Source: Patellaria atrata CBS 101060 | Lineage: Eukaryota | Direction: 5' to 3' | Assembly (NCBI GenBank): GCA_010093705.1 | Contig: MU006093.1 | Location: forward strand, 951,301 to 1,015,300 | DNA: 64,000 nucleotides | Shown here: positions 49,087 through 61,839 of the stretch, in pieces | Layout: the number at the start of each line of letters is the position of its first letter | Numbering within the stretch: the first letter of the stretch is position 1 | Position numbers and translations under genes: made by a program | Notes under the pieces: generated by a model | Told to the model about the DNA's origin: nothing | Database searches by the model: none | What the model saw: the letters and a program-made list of their open reading frames with translations, nothing else

Positions 49087-51581
49087 ATGTCTACTGTAGC
49101 AGACTTAGATGGCTTGCTTCGAGCAATGCTAGCACTTAAACCACCAGGAGTAGCAAAAGCAAAAGTCGAAGCTATCACAAAACTCTGCATAGAGAATGTT
49201 CAGGTACGGACGTGTGGAATTCTCGCGCCACACCGAGATGCATCACTCTATTTGAGGATCTATTACTGACCACGCATGCTTGAGATAGTCTGAATCCGTT
49301 ATCGTCCAAAAGATATTCACACATTCGAAGAAGACTCCTCCAACCCATAAATTAGGAGTATTGTACATCGTAGATTCCGTAACGCGACAATGGATCGAGA
49401 AGGCTAGAAGCTCTGGCCAGGCACTTGTAGGCGCCTCTGCTGCTGCTGGGACTTTTGCTGCCGGTGTGCACAGAATGACTGAACTGATACCATCTATGAT
49501 GAACGATTTGCTTCCAAGCCTACCAGAAAACCAAAAGGTATGCATTCTTTATACCTGGGTTTAGGCAAGATGGTTGATTGCACGGACGTGGCATGGTTAA
49601 TCCCGCTACCTTATGAAGCCATTGCTGTTCATTATCATCATCGTGCTTTGAACACCACTGTGTTGCTCTATGCTTACAAATGACTGTAGGAGAAAACTTC
49701 ACGACTTTTAGACATATGGAAAGCCACACAAACTCTTCCAGCATCAGTAGTGGATGACTACAAGCAGAAACTCAGTAGTCCAGCGAGTAAGTACATCAGA
49801 AGCTGTCTTTTTCCCAACACTATGCTTCACGAGGAAGATGATCTCTGCATATAGAGGAGTCTAATATGACTATATAGACACTCAAGAAGCAGTACAGCCA
49901 CCACCAGCGGTACCTCAACCACCAGCGGCAAACACGGATGCCGGGTCAATTCTTGCAGCTCTCGTTAATATGGGCAAACAACAAACTAATGGCGCTACCC
50001 AAACACCTTCCGCAATGAGCAACCTATTTGCGGGTCAACCTCCAGTATTAACTCAACCTACTGTTCAACCTACATTGCAACCACCTTCTCTCCTAGTTAA
50101 CCTACCTTCCTACAGTAATTCGACTGACTTAGTAAACGCGACGTCTTTCCAACAGAACGCGCTGGCTCCACAGGTCCAATTGCAACCAAATAATTACCCG
50201 GTACCACCTGTAGCATCCCAGCCCGCCGCGAATGGCCAAGATGGTAATGATATAGCCAATGCTTTGAAATTACAACTAGCACAGGCTTTGATTTCAGGTC
50301 AAGTCCCACCTGAACAACTTCAGCAAGTACTAGCAGCATTATCTGCTCCAGCACCCGCTGCGGCTCCAAGTATAATCCAACCGGTAAGTCTACCAACTGT
50401 TGTTCCGCAGGCACCTCAGAATGTAGGCCTCGGTCAACCAGATAGGAACGATTATAGTTCAGCTACTCACAACGCTCATATACGTGAGCAAAACAATAGT
50501 CCGGAGAAACATAGGTATCGGGATCGTAGTCGGTCACCGGATTATAAGCGGACCCGTCTTTCTCCGCCTAATCGTCGTCAGAGCCCTGTATACGGTGTCT
50601 ATGATCCTGATTCAGCCGCGATACGTGATAGTTCTGCAAATGGCGATAGCGATCGACGAGACGGCAATAGAGGCCGCCGTCGAGGTAATCGTCAGGATTT
50701 TCGTCAACGCAGCCCACCAAGTTCCAAAGCCCGTCCAAGTCCTCCAACGCAACCGCGTAAGATGCAGCAGAAGTGGATTGAATTTGACAGGACTTTGCCT
50801 CCGGGTACCATCAAAGTATTGAGTCGCACACTATTTGTCGGTGGCGTCATGGGATCCGAATCTGAGATTAGAAATATTTTCAATAGGTTTGGTAAGATTC
50901 AATCTTGCATCGTCAACCTTGATAGGCGCCATGCCTTCATTAAAATGGTAGATCGACAAGGTGCCGTTGTTGCGAAGGAAGCTATGGACCATATGACCGA
51001 TCCCGAGATCTTGAGTAAAGCTCGTCAGGTATACACTTCCTCCACATCAAGCTCTATCGAATCTCTAACAGTTTTAGACCAAATGGGCCGTCGGTTTTGG
51101 ACCACGTGAATGTAGTGATTATGATGTGGGCATCAGTATCATCCCGATCAAGACACTAACCGAGGCGGACAAGAAGTGGGTACATACTGCAGAATACGGT
51201 GGCATTGGAGATAGAACCCTTGAATCCGGAATGGTCATGGAAGAGCCAGACATTGAGATCGGAGCAGGTGTATCGTCGAAGGGTAAGATCCTACTCTTTA
51301 CTTTATCTAAAAATAGCTGAATTAACCCCTTAGTTCTAGCAATGAGCAAGCGTGTCATCCCTGAGGCGATGCGAGGAGGTAGACATGGCAACCATGGCAA
51401 TAATCATGGCTCCAGTCATCGTGATCGGTCCGATAACCAAGGCTCTCGTTTCCGTAAGCCTGAACCTCGTCATCCTGAACCGCGCCATGTGGAGCCGCGC
51501 GGTGTCGAACCTAACATCGTTACCGCGCCTCCAGCTGTGCCGACATTTGGCTTCCAGCTTCCCCTAGGAAATCGCACATGA
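49087..51581 (+). CDS. NRD1: Nrd1/Seb1-like RNA-binding transcription termination factor (CID plus RRM)
   Basis: KPPGV, HKLGVLYIVDSVTR (CID); RS-rich segment; IKVLSRTLFVGGV, RHAFIKM, TKWAVGFGPREC, EEPDIEIGAGVSSKAMSKR; introns 49204..49288, 49538..49689, 49787..49877, 51029..51077 and 51283..51339. Confidence 0.93.
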
Positions 51582-52145
51582 GCGACTGCTCACTACAATC
51601 ATGCAATGACCCATTCTTCCCCACCCTCTTTCCTTACTTATTGTATGAGTCCTTATCGTAGTGGGACCGTTCGGTTATCTCATTTTCTATCTCATCAGCT
51701 TCAGGGATAGCTATTCTATGGATGGGAGGCACTTGAGTGTGGCATAGCTTGCCTGGTATGGAGTTCAAGGTGTGTTCGATCGGAGGACTCTTATATATGC
51801 ACTAAAAGGTCGAGATACTTGCGTGAAGGTTGCTTAAGTGTATATCTATGGTCGGTTTCAATTGATCCCTCAAACGCTTTCGCGTCAATCAGCTAATCTA
51901 AATCCATTTACGTCTCCCGTACTTGTTACATTGACAACGTGATATGCCCTTCGACCGAGCTACTAACACGACCGTCCGCGCACTTTTCTTTCCTCAACTC
52001 TTGAATATTTAAGGCCTGCATAATTTTAACCAGGGTGAGAGGTTTGACGTTGTGTAAAAAAGGCAAGATAAGACTCAGCCATCATAAGACTCGACCTGAT
52101 ATCCTAAGGATATCGATTCAAAAAGGTCCGTGTAATTTTCAATTT

Positions 52146-52390
52146 CTGACCTGCGCACTTTGAATACACTCCCGGGGAGCCAGGTCTCCCAACTAACTTG
52201 TGGCAGAGCGGTCAGGCAGTCTGATTACGATACCCCTTTCCCCCAAATCGTCATCGGGCCGAAACTCCTTCCGTGCGGGTTTAACGGTAAACCTCAGGTC
52301 AATGGAGCAGCGGCAGCAAAAACCCGTCTGGAGGTTCAAGGAGGCCTTCGGGCCTAATTGTTTTGTGATTTAACTTTTTTTTTTTTTTTT
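52146..52390 (+). ncRNA. Candidate structured non-coding RNA, possibly Pol III; family not recognised
   Basis: A-box consensus TGGCAGAGCGG at 52201..52211; 13-bp stem 52219..52231/52247..52259; 15-bp stem 52268..52282/52320..52334; AGGCC-TTCG-GGCCT hairpin 52342..52355; T16 run 52375..52390. Confidence 0.4.
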
Positions 52391-52545
52391 GCCCTTCTTT
52401 CAGGAGTCTTTGCTATTCCTATGAATTTACCTTTTGTAAGATTGATAGTCATATAATTAGACACAAAAGGACTCTCAAAAGGCGAATGTTATTACATGTC
52501 CTTAAACCTCTATATGCGACACGTCCTTCGTCCAAGCTTGACCTT

Positions 52546-53159
52546 TCATCTCTTCTCTCGATTCACAAGAATATCAGTTTGTCCAGCCTCATTATCCCCT
52601 TCTTCCCCATCCTCCCCATCCTCCTCATCCTCTTCATCCTCCTCATCCTCCCCATTAAGCATGCCGGCCCCTTCTTTCCCCTCCTCCAGCGCTCTATATT
52701 TCCTCCTAGCTTTCTTCTCCCTGCTCGCCTTCCTCTTCTTATTTACCTCTGCCTTTATCTTCGTCCTAGCCTGGTCTCCATTCTTTAGCTCATCTAGCTT
52801 CTCGGCCAATAACCGCCGTGCAACCTTCCGGTTCTGGCTTCGAGACCTAGTAGCTTGGCATTTTATGACCAGTCCGGTGGGAAGGTGTTTCAGTTGGACT
52901 GCGGAGGCAGTTTTGTTCTGTGGCGGGTTAATCGGGGTGAAAATTATGTATAAGACTGACATACGATCTTTTGTCCGCCCGGCCCACTACCCTTGAGGAA
53001 TGCCTCCTCTATATCGGCTTCATTGAGGGTGGGACGGGGAGGGAGGTCTAGGGATTTAGAGAGGATGGAGGTGGTGTGGAGGAAGCGGGTAGGGTGCCAT
53101 TGCAGGTCAGGAGTTCTGATGCACGATTGAATTTTGCGAGATGCGAGTCGCAAGATCAT
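52546..53159 (-). CDS. Mitochondrial RF-1 domain peptidyl-tRNA hydrolase (C12orf65/MTRFR-like ribosome rescue factor)
   Basis: IEEAFLKGSGPGGQKI|NKTASAVQLKHLPTGLVIKCQATRSRSQNR, basic C-terminal helix, presequence-like N-terminus; intron 52964..52918. Confidence 0.93.
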
Positions 53160-53347
53160 TTCTCGTAAAGGTCATGACATTTTGTGAGTATAGCTTATTT
53201 TGAATATTCAGTTAGCTAGCCATCATAGAGGTCGAAGTTCAGATGGCACCAGCTCTCACCGCCCTCATTCTGCCCCGCAAAGACCGAAAAAGTTGATATC
53301 CCAAGTTTACAACTTCAAGGTTTACTGAGACAACCTACAACGCCACA

Positions 53348-54457
53348 ATGGTTTTGTCCCGCAATTTTAGCCGCTCTCTCCGCGCCCGAGAAGAGGAATC
53401 AGATGACGAGCCCTACTCAGACGAACTTGAAGTGTCCTCACCCTCTATCCTTGACACAGGTGAGGGCGGTGAGATACAAAGCTCGGAAGAGGATCTGGAC
53501 GGAGAACTAGCTGAAAACGACGATGATGAGAGCGATGCCACAAATGGCAATGAGGACTTTAAAGAGAAGCTGAGCAAAATTCCCTTCGGCGCCCTAGTGA
53601 AAGCCCAAGCCGCGGTCAACGCAATTGAGAACGATCCAACCAACAAGAAGCGCAAACGAGGTGCAGAGGAATCTGAAGAGTATAGGGAAAAACTCAAAGC
53701 ACTTCGCCAGCGTATCAAAGAATTCAAAGGGTCGAAGAAGAAGGCGGACTCGGACTCGAAATCAATCAAGAGAGATAGCGGCAGTTCAACAGACTCTAGA
53801 TCTCGTGCTCAGGACCAGCGCAAAGCTACCACTTTCCCTGACCCTCCAGACTCTGACTCCGGCTCAGGATCAGACTCCAATTCAAACTCCGACGAAGGCG
53901 ATGCTCCCCAATCTAGGAAATCCCGCAAATCCCGCTCCTCGAAGCACGCACCTCAAACCCTCTCCTCAAAGCGGGCAGTTCCACGCACCCGGGAAGTAGT
54001 CCCCACGAATACTCGAAGCGCTCCCCGCGACCCCCGCTTTGACCCTCTCGCTGGTCCCATAAATGAGATAAAGTTTGCTGCTAACTACTCATTCCTCACC
54101 GACTACCGGCGCTCCGAGCTACAGGAACTCAAAAAGGCCTTGAAAACCACAAAATCCGAAGATGTGAAGGAGAAACTCAGCAAAGAGATCACAGCGCGTG
54201 AAAATAGGGAGAGAGCACGGGAGAACAAGGAACGAGAGGAGAGAGTCAGACAGCAGGCAAAGAGGGAGGAGAGAGAGAAGGTAAAGCAAGGCAAGAAGCC
54301 TTTCTATCTGAAGGAGAAGGAGATCAAGAAGAGGGCCCTTGTGCAGAAGTGGGAGGGTATGAAGGGCAGGGAGAGGGAGAAAGCGGTAGAGAGGAAGAGG
54401 AAGAAGGTTGAGGGGAAGGAGAAGAGGAAGTTGCCGAGGACGAGAAGGGAGGGATAG
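53348..54457 (+). CDS. RRP36: rRNA biogenesis protein Rrp36 (DUF947)
   Basis: FGALVKAQ, RSSKHAP...SSKRAV, RDPRFD, NYSFL.DYR..E, EREKVKQGKKPFYLK. Confidence 0.93.
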   Translation: MVLSRNFSRSLRAREEESDDEPYSDELEVSSPSILDTGEGGEIQSSEEDLDGELAENDDDESDATNGNEDFKEKLSKIPFGALVKAQAAVNAIENDPTNKKRKRGAEESEEYREKLKALRQRIKEFKGSKKKADSDSKSIKRDSGSSTDSRSRAQDQRKATTFPDPPDSDSGSGSDSNSNSDEGDAPQSRKSRKSRSSKHAPQTLSSKRAVPRTREVVPTNTRSAPRDPRFDPLAGPINEIKFAANYSFLTDYRRSELQELKKALKTTKSEDVKEKLSKEITARENRERARENKEREERVRQQAKREEREKVKQGKKPFYLKEKEIKKRALVQKWEGMKGREREKAVERKRKKVEGKEKRKLPRTRREG

Positions 54458-56053
54458 GGTGACTTTAGGCGGAATTTGGGGACCGTATGTCTGGATGGTA
54501 TTTTTATAAACAGTACGAATGAAAAGAAATGTACATTGTATGGAAATATGATGCTTATGAATCGCAGATATCACCCATATCAAGATTTTGTCTTCCTGCG
54601 AGCAATTCACGATTACGAATCAAATTATCGACGTACATTCTATCCATTCATCAAAGAGATCCTTTTGGCTTGCCTTCCGGTAACAGATTCGGGCTACTGA
54701 CCAATTATCTTTGTAATTTGTTTTCATACCTGACGCTTATTTTCTCTACTTCAGCATGGGAGCGAAAAGGTCGCTACTACTACTCAATCTAGACGACCAT
54801 TAACTAGACGTAGTAACTTTGAATATCGGGTCATTGATAAGGCTAAGGGTGGCGATGTGTATCACCCTGCGGTTTATGACTTAGTTGAGGTTCGTAAGGA
54901 TATACCACTTTACTATCTATTAAGCTTCGAGGTGTAAGGAATAAACTTCTCCGGACAGCAACCAGATCATCCCCCAGCTCTTCAAGAGCGAGTATCATCG
55001 AAGAGCCCCTTAATCTCGTGGTGAGCCGGTAGCTACTCTTCAAAACCCATAACGACTGTATCCTCAATCCTACGATGAACAAGTTTATCCTCAGACACCA
55101 GGAACACGATCCCAAGAGCAACAGAAACGGCTAACAGGTACGCCGTCATATGTACAGCAAGCGTACAGCCGACCGACGAACAATCACTATGACGAAGGAG
55201 GTTAGAATCCTAGTCCGACCCCCTACTATTATGAACCCCTCAATCACTGTACCATTACCATACGCTTGGAGCCGTACCGTTGGCTTAAGCGCATATTGGT
55301 CAGACGCTATTGATACTACACTCCCCCCCGTATCATTAAAATTACTCGTTCAAAATGTTCCCCTGTTGTACCGATTCTCGTCTACTATACTACGCGTCTT
55401 CAAGCTGTCTCTCAGTCAACCGTACAAGGCATAGTAGAATGTCCGAAGACCCACAATTGGACGAATAGCAGAACCGTATACATTAGAGTATTGTATAACC
55501 AGTGGTAGGTTTGTCTCAAGTCTATGGTATGAGGAGAGTGAGGGATCGTAGTAAGGGTTTTTAACTGATCAATCGAGTCGATGATGCAGAAGATAGAGAT
55601 TGATACTTCGGAAGAACGGTCCAAGAGCAGATGCTCAACAGGTGCAAGCGTATGCAGGTCGAGATTCTCAATTGTGTCCGGAAGACTTACAGTGCAACCG
55701 CTGAAACCCTATGAGTGCGTCGTACAGCAAATCAGTTTGTGTCATGACTAAGTAGGTAAACAATCCAACTCAATAGTCTTTTAGAATGCGTTGGAATGTA
55801 ATGGCAAGAAAGAACAACATTATGGCGGAGACATTCTCGGTATGCAACACGTTTAACCTACCAACACGGCCGAACGCTGCGAACACTGCATACCCAAACC
55901 TATTTACAGGATCAAGCAGCGTAATGAGGGAGAACAACTATATTTCCCAAAAAAGGAGTGCATGCTGGGATAGCACTTATAAAGCCGTACAGCATAAGAC
56001 AAAACACCCGCCAAAAAGACAAAATATCCTCCCATCTATTTCATACACCACCA

Positions 56054-57495
56054 TCAGTCCCTACCGCGCGCGACGCCCTTTTCCCAATCCTCACTCCCAT
56101 TCTCCCCCTTCCCCCTACTATCCGCCACACTTGCCGTCTCAACCTCAATAGTCGTTTGAGCCACAATCTCTCCCTTCCCCCACAAGCCCCTCCCACCATC
56201 CAGAGCCCTCTCATCGCTCTCCGGGGTCCCCGGCCTACGTCCCCCAAACCCACTTAACCCAAACTCAAACTTCTTCCCCTCCTCCTTACTAACCGCAAAG
56301 ATCTGCGTATGTCCCGGCTGCAGATACGAGAGTCGATGCGAGCCCTGCGTGCCGTCTCCCTTGCGGTGACCGGTGCGGGAGCGCTCGTTTTCGTCGCCGT
56401 AGTGGGGCAGGTAGGAGCGCTTGGTGCCGGACGAGGAGATGGTGCGCAGGAAGGGGAACCATTCGCGCAGAAGGGGCCAGATCATGGGGAGGTTGGCGAC
56501 ATAAACGGCGACAGAGGCTTCGCGCGTGTACCAGAGCATGTACGCCGTGTCGTAGACGTCGGAGAGGTTGTACACCTTGGTTAGGATCGCGGCGATGATC
56601 TGTAGGGCGCCAGTGGTGAGTTCTCTCTCTACAGAGAAGCTGAGATCAAGGGAAAGGAGGGAAATAGAACTTACGACGAAGATGCCCATGCTGAAGACGA
56701 GGGCAAGAATGACTTTTTGGCGGAGTGGCATTTTGAGCTTTATTACTGTGGGGATAGGGATGAGAAGCATGAGGAAATCGCTGGATATATTGAAGCATGC
56801 TTGTGCGATAGCGTAGTGTTCTAGAGTAGTACATTGTGGGTTCGGAGGAGGGACAGCCCAATAACCGTTGAAAGGTCTACAGGCGAAGAAGAATGCTAGC
56901 TCCGTGGCTACCCAGCCACACAGAACGTAGATTCCCAGGTATTTGACGAATTTTTGCTGGTGGGAGCCGGCTAGTAGCCTGTTATACATGAACAGAAAGC
57001 AGAATTTGAGCGTGTAAATGACATTGAGCATGCCCTGTTCCGATTCATAAGCTTTTGTATGCAAAGGTTCGATATTCTCTTACCTGCTCAGATATTACGA
57101 CGATTTTCGAACCTTTTATACGTTCTTGTATCTCCTCTTGTGAAAACGTCTCGTAAAGCTCGAGGGGGAATAGATTACTTCCCCCTCCTGCTGTTATAAT
57201 ATTCAGACAGACTACAAGAACTGTATACCAAGCCTATAGGTGTCAACATGAACGAAACTGGTTTGGACAGCGAGTAAATGTAACGTACAGCGGCAGCAAA
57301 CATCAGATAGTCATCAGGAGCGAGGCCTTTGAGACCTACTCGATGTATTCTCGCATAACTACGCAAATTAGAAAGTTGTCGATAAAAAAGTATGGTGGCC
57401 CATTACGTTCGTAAGCATATGGTCAACATTCCAACACCATATAATGACCATGATTGTATGGATAGCGTCCGCTGGAAGTCTGATCCGTCACTCAT
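56054..57495 (-). CDS. PTH11-like integral membrane protein (fungal rhodopsin-domain GPCR-like, no CFEM domain)
   Basis: LR|TYAR.......L..DDYLM, ERIKGSK, TLKFCFL..Y.RL, FACRPF..YW, NISSD..ML.IP, VFSMGIFV|IIAAIL, WY.REAS.AV.VANLP.IWPL; introns 57406..57359, 57288..57234, ~57083..57035 and 56674..56600. Confidence 0.92.
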
Positions 57496-58675
57496 CTTTC
57501 TAGTAAGTTTGATGGAAGACGTTCAGAATCAGATAGATACTATAGAGAGGGGACAAGAATGTAAAATGAAGTAAAGACTGTTATACGACAGAGTGACTAT
57601 ATTGTTTTTACAAGATATTCCAGCGCTCTAGCTCAGACCGAGTCGGCGAGGGGAACGAAAGATCTAGACATAGCTTGTTTTTTATCATGCCGTACTAGAA
57701 AGTGGGATCCTAGGGATAGGAAATAATAATCCCGCATTAAACATTATTGGAGCATTCAGGAGTAACAGATTTGTTTTGTAGGAGAAGGGAGCTGGACCGT
57801 CATCAAAAAGATCTACAACATGGAAGTCATCGAACGTGCCTAACTGAGAATAGCTCTGTAAAATTAGATTTATCTGAAGAGGCCAGGGAAATTAGAGATT
57901 TAGATGTTTGGATATCTTCGTAGTAACAAATCTTCGGGATGACGGCAAGTCAGCACGTTTACTTGACTGTGTCTTACCGAAGAGTAGGTCCTTCAGCGCC
58001 TTTGAAATGCTTGACATCCGAGGATTTGACCATTGGGACGAGGTCTTTGAACACGCTCAGGTAGTCAGGTGAAGCAGATAGGTAATAAAAAAGCGTGGGT
58101 GGAATGCGCTACTGTTCCTGGCCTGAAGATCGATACGGTGGCTGGACAGCTGCCGCGGATTTTAAGTGGCCATTAGAAAACGATGTTGCCAATGTGTACG
58201 ATAACTCGCGTGGGGTCTCCCCTATATACCAAAACATATTTTAGAGAGTTTGCCACGCTTGAATAGTTGTCTACTTGAACTTCTCCTCTTCGTCATTTTA
58301 CAAGTAGGATCTATTATTCACCTACAGGCTACACCACTCGTACTGATTACCAACAGCACTCGCTACCGGCGAGAGGAAATCGAGGCTTACAGTTGACGGA
58401 AGGATACCGCCGCTGACCGTCCTGAAGTCCTGAAGTCAAGCTAGCGTAACGGCTTTCCGTCCAGGAGTCCACGGTAGGGACTTCAGGAGTCAACGTCAAG
58501 ATAAACAAGTTGGTTGATCCTGCCGAGACAGATTTGACCCTTAATCATCCTACATATGCAAGCAAATGCAAGGAACGATAAGCATGAAGATCCATATGGT
58601 AATTGTGGCGCTTGCTTGTGAAAGCGAATAATAATGAATCTCTTGCTGGTCTGCGGCATTTGACTTACTGATAAG

Positions 58676-58697
58676 GAGAGAGAGAGAGAGAGAGAGA
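58676..58697. repeat. (GA)11 microsatellite
   Basis: Directly visible. Confidence 0.95.
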
Positions 58698-60124
58698 TAA
58701 GGACTGCATCTTTTCCGAAATGCGTAGTGTTCAATTTTTGCTTTTTCCATTCTTCCTATTGAAAGATATTACTGGAGAGGTTCCATGGGCATCGCAGGCA
58801 TTAAGCAAAGTCTTGAGATCGAGGATAGGCATTTCAACATCCGAACATCATGTCGTTGCTCGTAAGATTCGATCTGAGAGTTGGTGATAGGAAGAGAGGT
58901 TGGAAAAAGCAACAAAAATCCCAAAACGGAAGCCACTAACCGCTATGGCGGGTGAAGTGCGGACGCGCTATTCCATCATCCGCGGAGGTTTTAGGTAGTC
59001 GGCGTTTATTTCTCTATCTGGTCTTATTATTTGTCTCCATTATCTCACGACGATTTGTTATACTCGATCAAGTAAGGCTGATATACTTGTGTCCTCTAAT
59101 GCTTAGGTAGGTCACCGTTGCAAATAGATTCAGAATTCATCATTATAATTCTATCGGCTAAATGCCCGATTTCAGGACGAGAATATTAAGCTATCGAAAC
59201 TTATCTGTAGCTTCCATTACCAAAGTTACAACGAAAAGCTGATTTGTCTCTGAGCCCGCAGCATACTTCTGAAATACCTAAAAAGAACTTCGCAGCTGTG
59301 GACGTCTCTAACTGCTTGTTTTTCTAGTATAAACCCGTTTGAAAGCCTCCAGAACAGACATCATAGATGAAGAGTCACAGAAGCTCATTTCATAACTGTC
59401 AAAGCCATAGTCCAATGTAAAATCTCTCAGGACGAATGATTACCTTTCAAACTCATCCCGTACAATACTCGTAACATCGCTGAAGACCCCTATTTGATCA
59501 CCGGTCAAGATTTATAGAATCGGTTCGATCATCTTCATCTGACGCGAATTGTACTGAAACGGCCATCTGGGTACTCGTCCAGGCTCTGTTATAAGATGGA
59601 TGGCAGTTCCGCCTAATACGTTGTTCGCGACTGTATTATTTCTACTCAGACTGTGAAGTACAGTACTCAAGGGACTCCATAGCCCTTCCTTTCACGAGAT
59701 ACAACCCCGCCAAAAGTTCTCCGTGCATGACTCGGATTCGACCCTTATATCACCCCTTGATGATTCAGCATGCCCCATACCCCGCGTATCCATCAGATCC
59801 CAAGCACAGTAACACATGTTTAACAGCTGAACGATCATTTAGAGTACCGGTTTCCTACGAACGACATGGCTAGATCTTATCCTCAACGGCGAACCTTATC
59901 CGCCAGAACCGGCGAAGCTGTTCACCTTTGTAACAATGTGCCCTTTAAGGAACATTGTGTCTCCACTGGAGTATAAGATCGTTTCTAGATTCCCAAGGAT
60001 TGGTTTATACCCCTAGATTTGAGCAAAGATATCCACTGTACAAGTATTACCTGATCTTTAACATCAATTCACCGTCTCATTTCCCTCCGACCTGGCCTTT
60101 AACACCATCTGCATACTTACCAAG

Positions 60125-61240
60125 ATGAAAGCCGGACAGTGGGACGGTGTAAGTGAATAGCTACCGAGCCTAGACTTTATCCTAATATTGAATTCTAGAA
60201 ACTTAAGAAGGTTGTTGTAAACGATGTACCCGTACCAGACCCAGTGGAGAACCAATTTTTGGTGAAGATCCATTCGGCATCTTTATGTCACTCGGACCTC
60301 ATGATGGACTTCAGACCAGAAATTCCCGTTACCCTAGGGCACGAGGGCGTCGGGTATATTGAGAAGATACACCCCACAGCAGAAGGTAAAGGCTTCAAAG
60401 TAGGCGACGCCATTGGCTTTAACTACTTCATCGGGTGCTGCTTCGAGTGTGAGGCGTGTATGGTACATAACATGCATTGTGAAACTGGAAATTCTAAACT
60501 CCAAGGTTTTGCGGTGGATGGTTATTTTGCCGAGTACGCTGTTGTGGATTATCACAACGCTGTTCACTTGCCCAAGAACTTGGAGATGAAGAGATGTGCA
60601 CCCATCTTCTGTGCGGGTATCACGGGTACGTTTCGATGAGATTCCTCCAAAGGTCCAGCCGATAATTGACAATTTGATAGCTTTCCATGCTGTAGATAGC
60701 TGCGAACTCCAGGCTGGCCAATGGCTAGCAGTTGTGGGTTGCGGTGGATTGGGACAATTCGCGACAAAATATGCGAAGGCCATGGGTGTCAAAGTAGTTG
60801 GTCTAGATATCAACGACGAGACGTTGGAGGTGTGCAAGCAAGCTGGCGCTGACGCTGTCTTCAACACCATGAAGAACAAGAATTATCTTGAGGAGATCAA
60901 GAAGCTCACAGGCAAAGGATGCCATGCTGCAGCAGTTTTCAGCGCAGCACAAGCGGCATACACAAACGCTCCTCCTCTACTTCGTATCGGCGGTACTCTA
61001 ATGGTTATCGGTATTGCTCCTAAACCTCTGGAAGTATCAACGATGGATCTAGTGCTTGGTAAATACAAGATCAAGGCCGATAGTACGAGCATCCCCCAGC
61101 GGATGCAGAAAGCGGTTGACTTTACCGGTAAACATAATATCCTACCGGAAGTGGAATACCGTAAGATTGATGATCTGCCACAGATGGTCGAAGATATGCA
61201 TAATGGAAAAGCAAAATTTAGACAGGTAGTTGTCTTCTGA
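60125..61240 (+). CDS. Zinc-dependent medium-chain alcohol dehydrogenase
   Basis: LCHSD, GHEGVG, structural-Zn Cys cluster CFECEAC...C, FCAGIT|AFHA, GCGGLG; introns 60149..60198 and 60626..60680. Confidence 0.94.
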
Positions 61241-61839
61241 TTGCGCTCAGCTTATTACAAAGTTCCCTGGGTGTTCATAATACTGAGATAGATTCACTTT
61301 TAAGAAGAATCAAAAGTCGTCGATCGGGTCTTGGCATTCAGGGTTAGGACCATGACCGTCTTTGCACTGGCCTCTATCTAATAAAAGCCTACTAACTAGG
61401 TTGAGAATGTTCAGAAGCATCAAATACAAAGAAACAATTGATTTTCAACACTTCAAACGATCCATCATTCGACGGTACTGGTCGAAGATAGTTACGGAGA
61501 AACTGGGAGAATTAGGAGATCTTGCATTAGTTCTAGGGCAGCCTCATTATCTATCGGTTGTTGAAGTCCGTTGTTCAGAACATTCGTGCATCCCATGATT
61601 CCTTCAAAGATTTTTAAGGTAATCCCAAATGCCAGGTGAGCGGGATACTTAAATATAGCCATCGACAGCGCTGAGGTAGTTCTGTCCCTAAACCTCCTCA
61701 GTTGAACCCATACTTAAAGAATAGAAAAATGGTCCATCAACGTATCGATCATCAATTTGCTTTTGAAGAGTTTGCATATGATACTCCGGAGAACTTCCAA
61801 CGTGAGTGAGTACCTGTTGCCTCTTGTTCAGGTCCTGAC

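Noticed and set aside
52194..52335. Intron-containing tRNA-Arg(ACG) reading of the structured element
   Set aside because: An A box and TCTGA-TTACGA arm are present, but there is no TTCRA T-loop at the right spacing and no acceptor stem.
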